From the UHGV virus genome UHGV-0306824: a stretch of DNA of 10,034 nt; one strand, 5' to 3'. Both the position numbers and the translations under genes were made by a program. Under the pieces are notes generated by a model, which did not search any database, was not told the origin of the DNA, and saw only the letters and a list, made by a program, of their open reading frames with translations. Position 1 is the stretch's first letter. Each line of letters begins with the position of its first letter. Origin of the DNA: a virus. Positions 8,107 through 10,034 of the stretch are shown piece after piece.

Positions 8107-8250
8107 TTTATGCAGCATTTAAAAAATATTACGGCGGGTAATCCAAAAACGGTTGAACAATATCAATTGACAAAGAATTTTGATGTTGTCTGGTTTTTTT
8201 CAGAAGATGGTAAGAACTGGTACGAAGAACAAAAGTATTTTGCTGATGAC

Positions 8251-8367
8251 ACGATAAAAATAGCGTACGACAAAGATAATATCATCCACTATGTGGAAAA
8301 GGATGTGACAGCTATCAGACCGGATGGATTAAGTGTTGTTGAAGTGGCGGATATTACTGCTAACCGA
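8251..8367 (+). repeat. tfa-internal 117-bp direct repeat, copy 1
   Basis: 115 of 117 identical to 8586-8702; the mismatches are A/G at two positions (gacaaAgat vs gacaaGgat; catccActat vs catccGctat). Confidence 0.85.
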
Positions 8368-8455
8368 GCTGGAGCTGGTTGTGTTTAATGAAAAATTACA
8401 ATTTTAATACGTCCGCTGTACACCCTTAGCTGCCGTTAGCTTAACGTCCGCAACA
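8368..8455 (+). repeat. R2 copy 1: 88-bp element at the breakpoint inside tfa
   Basis: GCTGGAGCTGGTTGTGTTTAATGAAAAATTACAATTTTAATACGTCCGCTGTACACCCTTAGCTGCCGTTAGCTTAACGTCCGCAACA, identical to 9130-9217. Confidence 0.85.
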
Positions 8456-8588
8456 GGCACAGAGCGGACTGTCAGATTAGGCTTTACTCTGTACCATAGA
8501 TATGTAAGCTCACACCAGAGTTCATACAACTTATTGCGGCATTTCCGGCCATTCAGGATTTGCAGGATCCACACGACTGACCAGAACG
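8456..8588. repeat. R1 copy b: inverted tfa 3' end (last 18 codons, ..[18 protein letters not shown]) plus 3' flank, lying inside the + strand tfa
   Basis: About 92% identical to 7768-7900. It encodes on the minus strand exactly the C-terminal residues that the + strand tfa lacks. Confidence 0.8.
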
Positions 8589-8702
8589 ATAAAAATAGCG
8601 TACGACAAGGATAATATCATCCGCTATGTGGAAAAGGATGTGACAGCTATCAGACCGGATGGATTAAGTGTTGTTGAAGTGGCGGATATTACTGCTAACC
8701 GA
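8586..8702 (+). repeat. tfa-internal 117-bp direct repeat, copy 2
   Basis: See copy 1; it shares ACG (8586-8588) with the end of R1b. Confidence 0.85.
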
Positions 8703-9129
8703 CGGGCGGACATTTCAGGGGGCTGGATGTTTAAGGACGGAAAAGTGATTAAACGCATTTATACGGCAGAGGAATTGCAGCAGCAGGCAGAAAACCGGAA
8801 AGCCAGACTTCTTGCAGATGCTGAATCCGTGATTTTGCCGCTGGAGCGCGCGGTCAGACTGAACATGGCAACAGAGGAGGAGCGCACACGGCTGGAGGCT
8901 TGGGAACGCTACAGCGTTCTGGTCAGTCGTGTGAATTAATAGTCTTTATTAATCATAATATTTAAATAATTAGGCTGCTTTTTTAATTGAACTATAAAGA
9001 ATAAGCAACCCACTCAATAAGATACACTTTATTTATTCTGGTGCAATATTAAAAACGCATAATAAGTGTCATTTTCATTGCTCGTGAATGCCATTACTCT
9101 TAAATCGTGATCCGGTTCAAAATTTAGAG

Positions 9130-9217
9130 GCTGGAGCTGGTTGTGTTTAATGAAAAATTACAATTTTAATACGTCCGCTGTACACCCTTAGCTGCCGTTA
9201 GCTTAACGTCCGCAACA
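9130..9217 (+). repeat. R2 copy 2: 88-bp element abutting the 5' end of the DarT-like frame
   Basis: Identical to 8368-8455. Its last 11 nt supply the in-frame codons R-P-Q just before the DarT-like sequence; an in-frame TAA sits at 9204-9206. Confidence 0.85.
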
Positions 9218-9218
9218 T

Positions 9219-9545
9219 GTTTATCATTTTACATACATTGATAATCTTGAGGGAATTATAAAAAATGGATTACTTAGTACAAATTTAAAATCAAATAGAG
9301 GCATTATTCATAAAGATATAGCAAATAATGAAATACAACACCGTCGTAGTGAAATGAGGGTCACTTGTGGTCCAGGTGGAGTGGTCCATGATTATGTGCC
9401 TTTTTACTTCACTAAAAGATCTCCCATGTTACTTAATGTTATTAAGAAAAAAAACGTAGATCAAGAAGGAATTATATATCTTGCGATACCAATAGAGGCG
9501 ATAGAAGATAAATCAGTAGTTTTTTCAAATTCTTACCACATTTAA
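9219..9545 (+). pseudogene. DarT-like DNA ADP-ribosyltransferase toxin (DUF4433-like), N-terminal part; no start codon and truncated at a rearrangement junction
   Basis: Frame reads VYHFTYIDNLEGIIKNGLLSTNLKSNRGIIHKDIANNEIQHRRSEMRVTCGPGGVVHDYVPFYFTKRSPMLLNVIKKKNVDQEGIIYLAIPIEAIEDKSVVFSNS then SYHI*. The motifs YHxT..NL, GGxxHDYVPFYF and SPML match what I recall of the DarT family. There is no ATG/GTG/TTG between the upstream TAA (9204) and the conserved N-terminus; the first ATG is at 9354. Confidence 0.55.
9418..9534 (+). repeat. R3 copy a: 117-bp perfect direct repeat inside the DarT-like frame
   Basis: Identical by eye to 9685-9801 (GATCTCCCATGTTACTTAATG...TTTTTTCAAATTCTT). Confidence 0.85.
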
Positions 9546-9605
9546 ATCATGAAAGTAATGATGATCAAATGATCTAGAATCACAACGAACATCAAAATTA
9601 TTAAA

Positions 9606-9685
9606 CCCATATTTTTTCAATAGCTGTGCAACATGCGTTTTCACGCAAAGATTCCAAACAACAATAAATGAAAAATTATTGAAGG
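9606..9685. repeat. Inverted copy (reverse complement) of 9955-10034, the DarT-like 3' coding segment
   Basis: Perfect 80-bp inverted repeat; I checked 9611-9660 base by base against 9980-10029. The pairing reaches the window edge, so the repeat may extend to 9535 on this side. Confidence 0.85.
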
Positions 9686-9801
9686 ATCTCCCATGTTACT
9701 TAATGTTATTAAGAAAAAAAACGTAGATCAAGAAGGAATTATATATCTTGCGATACCAATAGAGGCGATAGAAGATAAATCAGTAGTTTTTTCAAATTCT
9801 T
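9685..9801 (+). repeat. R3 copy b
   Basis: See R3 copy a. Confidence 0.85.
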
Positions 9802-10034
9802 CTGCAAATACTTTAACGCCACCAACATTTTACTCTAATGCTGATGATTTAAATAAGCTAAATTGGGATGCAATTGACAGTAGAGTGTGGATCCCAAAGA
9901 CCGAAGGAGTAAAACAGCAAAAAATGGCAGAGTTGCTTATTCATGATGAAATTCCCTTCAATAATTTTTCATTTATTGTTGTTTGGAATCTTTGCGTGAA
10001 AACGCATGTTGCACAGCTATTGAAAAAATATGGG
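9693..10034 (+). CDS. DarT-like toxin, C-terminal portion; frame open to the window end (3' partial, lacks the N-terminal region)
   Basis: From ATG 9693: MLLNVIKKKNVDQEGIIYLAIPIEAIEDKSVVFSNSSANTLTPPTFYSNADDLNKLNWDAIDSRVWIPKTEGVKQQKMAELLIHDEIPFNNFSFIVVWNLCVKTHVAQLLKKYG, 114 codons with no stop. The ..KMAELLIHD.. helix fits the Glu-containing catalytic motif of ADP-ribosyltransferases. It is absent from the ORF track only because it runs off the edge. Confidence 0.5.
   Translation, partial: MLLNVIKKKNVDQEGIIYLAIPIEAIEDKSVVFSNSSANTLTPPTFYSNADDLNKLNWDAIDSRVWIPKTEGVKQQKMAELLIHDEIPFNNFSFIVVWNLCVKTHVAQLLKKYG
9955..10034. repeat. Right arm of the inverted repeat (coding orientation of the DarT-like gene)
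   Basis: Reverse complement of 9606-9685. Confidence 0.85.

Larger units (their letters stand above)
8110..8939 (+). pseudogene. Tail fibre assembly protein (gpG/Tfa family), interrupted by a 335-bp insertion/duplication and C-terminally replaced
   Basis: The 5' part (8110-8367) encodes [86 protein letters not shown]. The 3' part (8703-8936) encodes [78 protein letters not shown]. Joining 8367 to 8703 gives one in-frame 164-aa Tfa. As it stands, the first ORF ends in R2 (..AGAGCV*) and the second begins at an internal GTG. Confidence 0.7.
8933..10034. other. AT-rich accessory island abutting the 3' end of the + strand tfa (continues past the window end)
   Basis: Composition drops abruptly after CGTGTG (8927-8932), where the tfa reading frame diverges from the R1 copies (..RV N* instead of ..[14 protein letters not shown]). 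The island contains R2 copy 2 and the DarT-like frame. Confidence 0.6.

Noticed and set aside
8940-9129. Promoter or terminator calls in the AT-rich spacer before the DarT-like frame
   Set aside because: There are many AT-rich hexamers but no well-spaced -35/-10 pair or GC hairpin that I could defend by eye.
7768-10034. CRISPR array or diversity-generating retroelement as the explanation for the repeats
   Set aside because: The repeats are 80-133 bp, occur only twice each, are irregularly spaced and mostly lie in coding sequence. The R3 copies are identical rather than adenine-mutagenised, and there is no reverse transcriptase or cas gene in the window.

Overview
This window is the late tail-gene end of a P2-like prophage read on the minus strand: FI (sheath), FII (tube), E and the frameshifted E+E' chaperone, T (tape measure), U and D, with a convergent, 5'-truncated ogr late-activator gene at the left edge. 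The tail operon looks intact, with tight gene spacing and no internal stops. Upstream of FI (6556-10034) the backbone gives way to an accessory, rearranged region. It holds (i) a lower-GC 256-aa ORF on the + strand at the G-FI moron position (the P2 Z/fun site), unassigned and a candidate exclusion/defence gene; (ii) a mosaic of tail-fibre-assembly (gpG/Tfa) gene pieces in both orientations, with long direct repeats at the breakpoints; and (iii) an AT-rich island that begins inside the 3' end of the + strand tfa and carries a DarT-like (DNA ADP-ribosyltransferase toxin, DarTG family) reading frame. That frame has no start codon and is split by a duplication plus fold-back inversion; its 3' end and any darG partner lie beyond the window. 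All family assignments come from reading translations and recalled signatures and protein lengths; no searches or computations were run, and GC statements are by eye.
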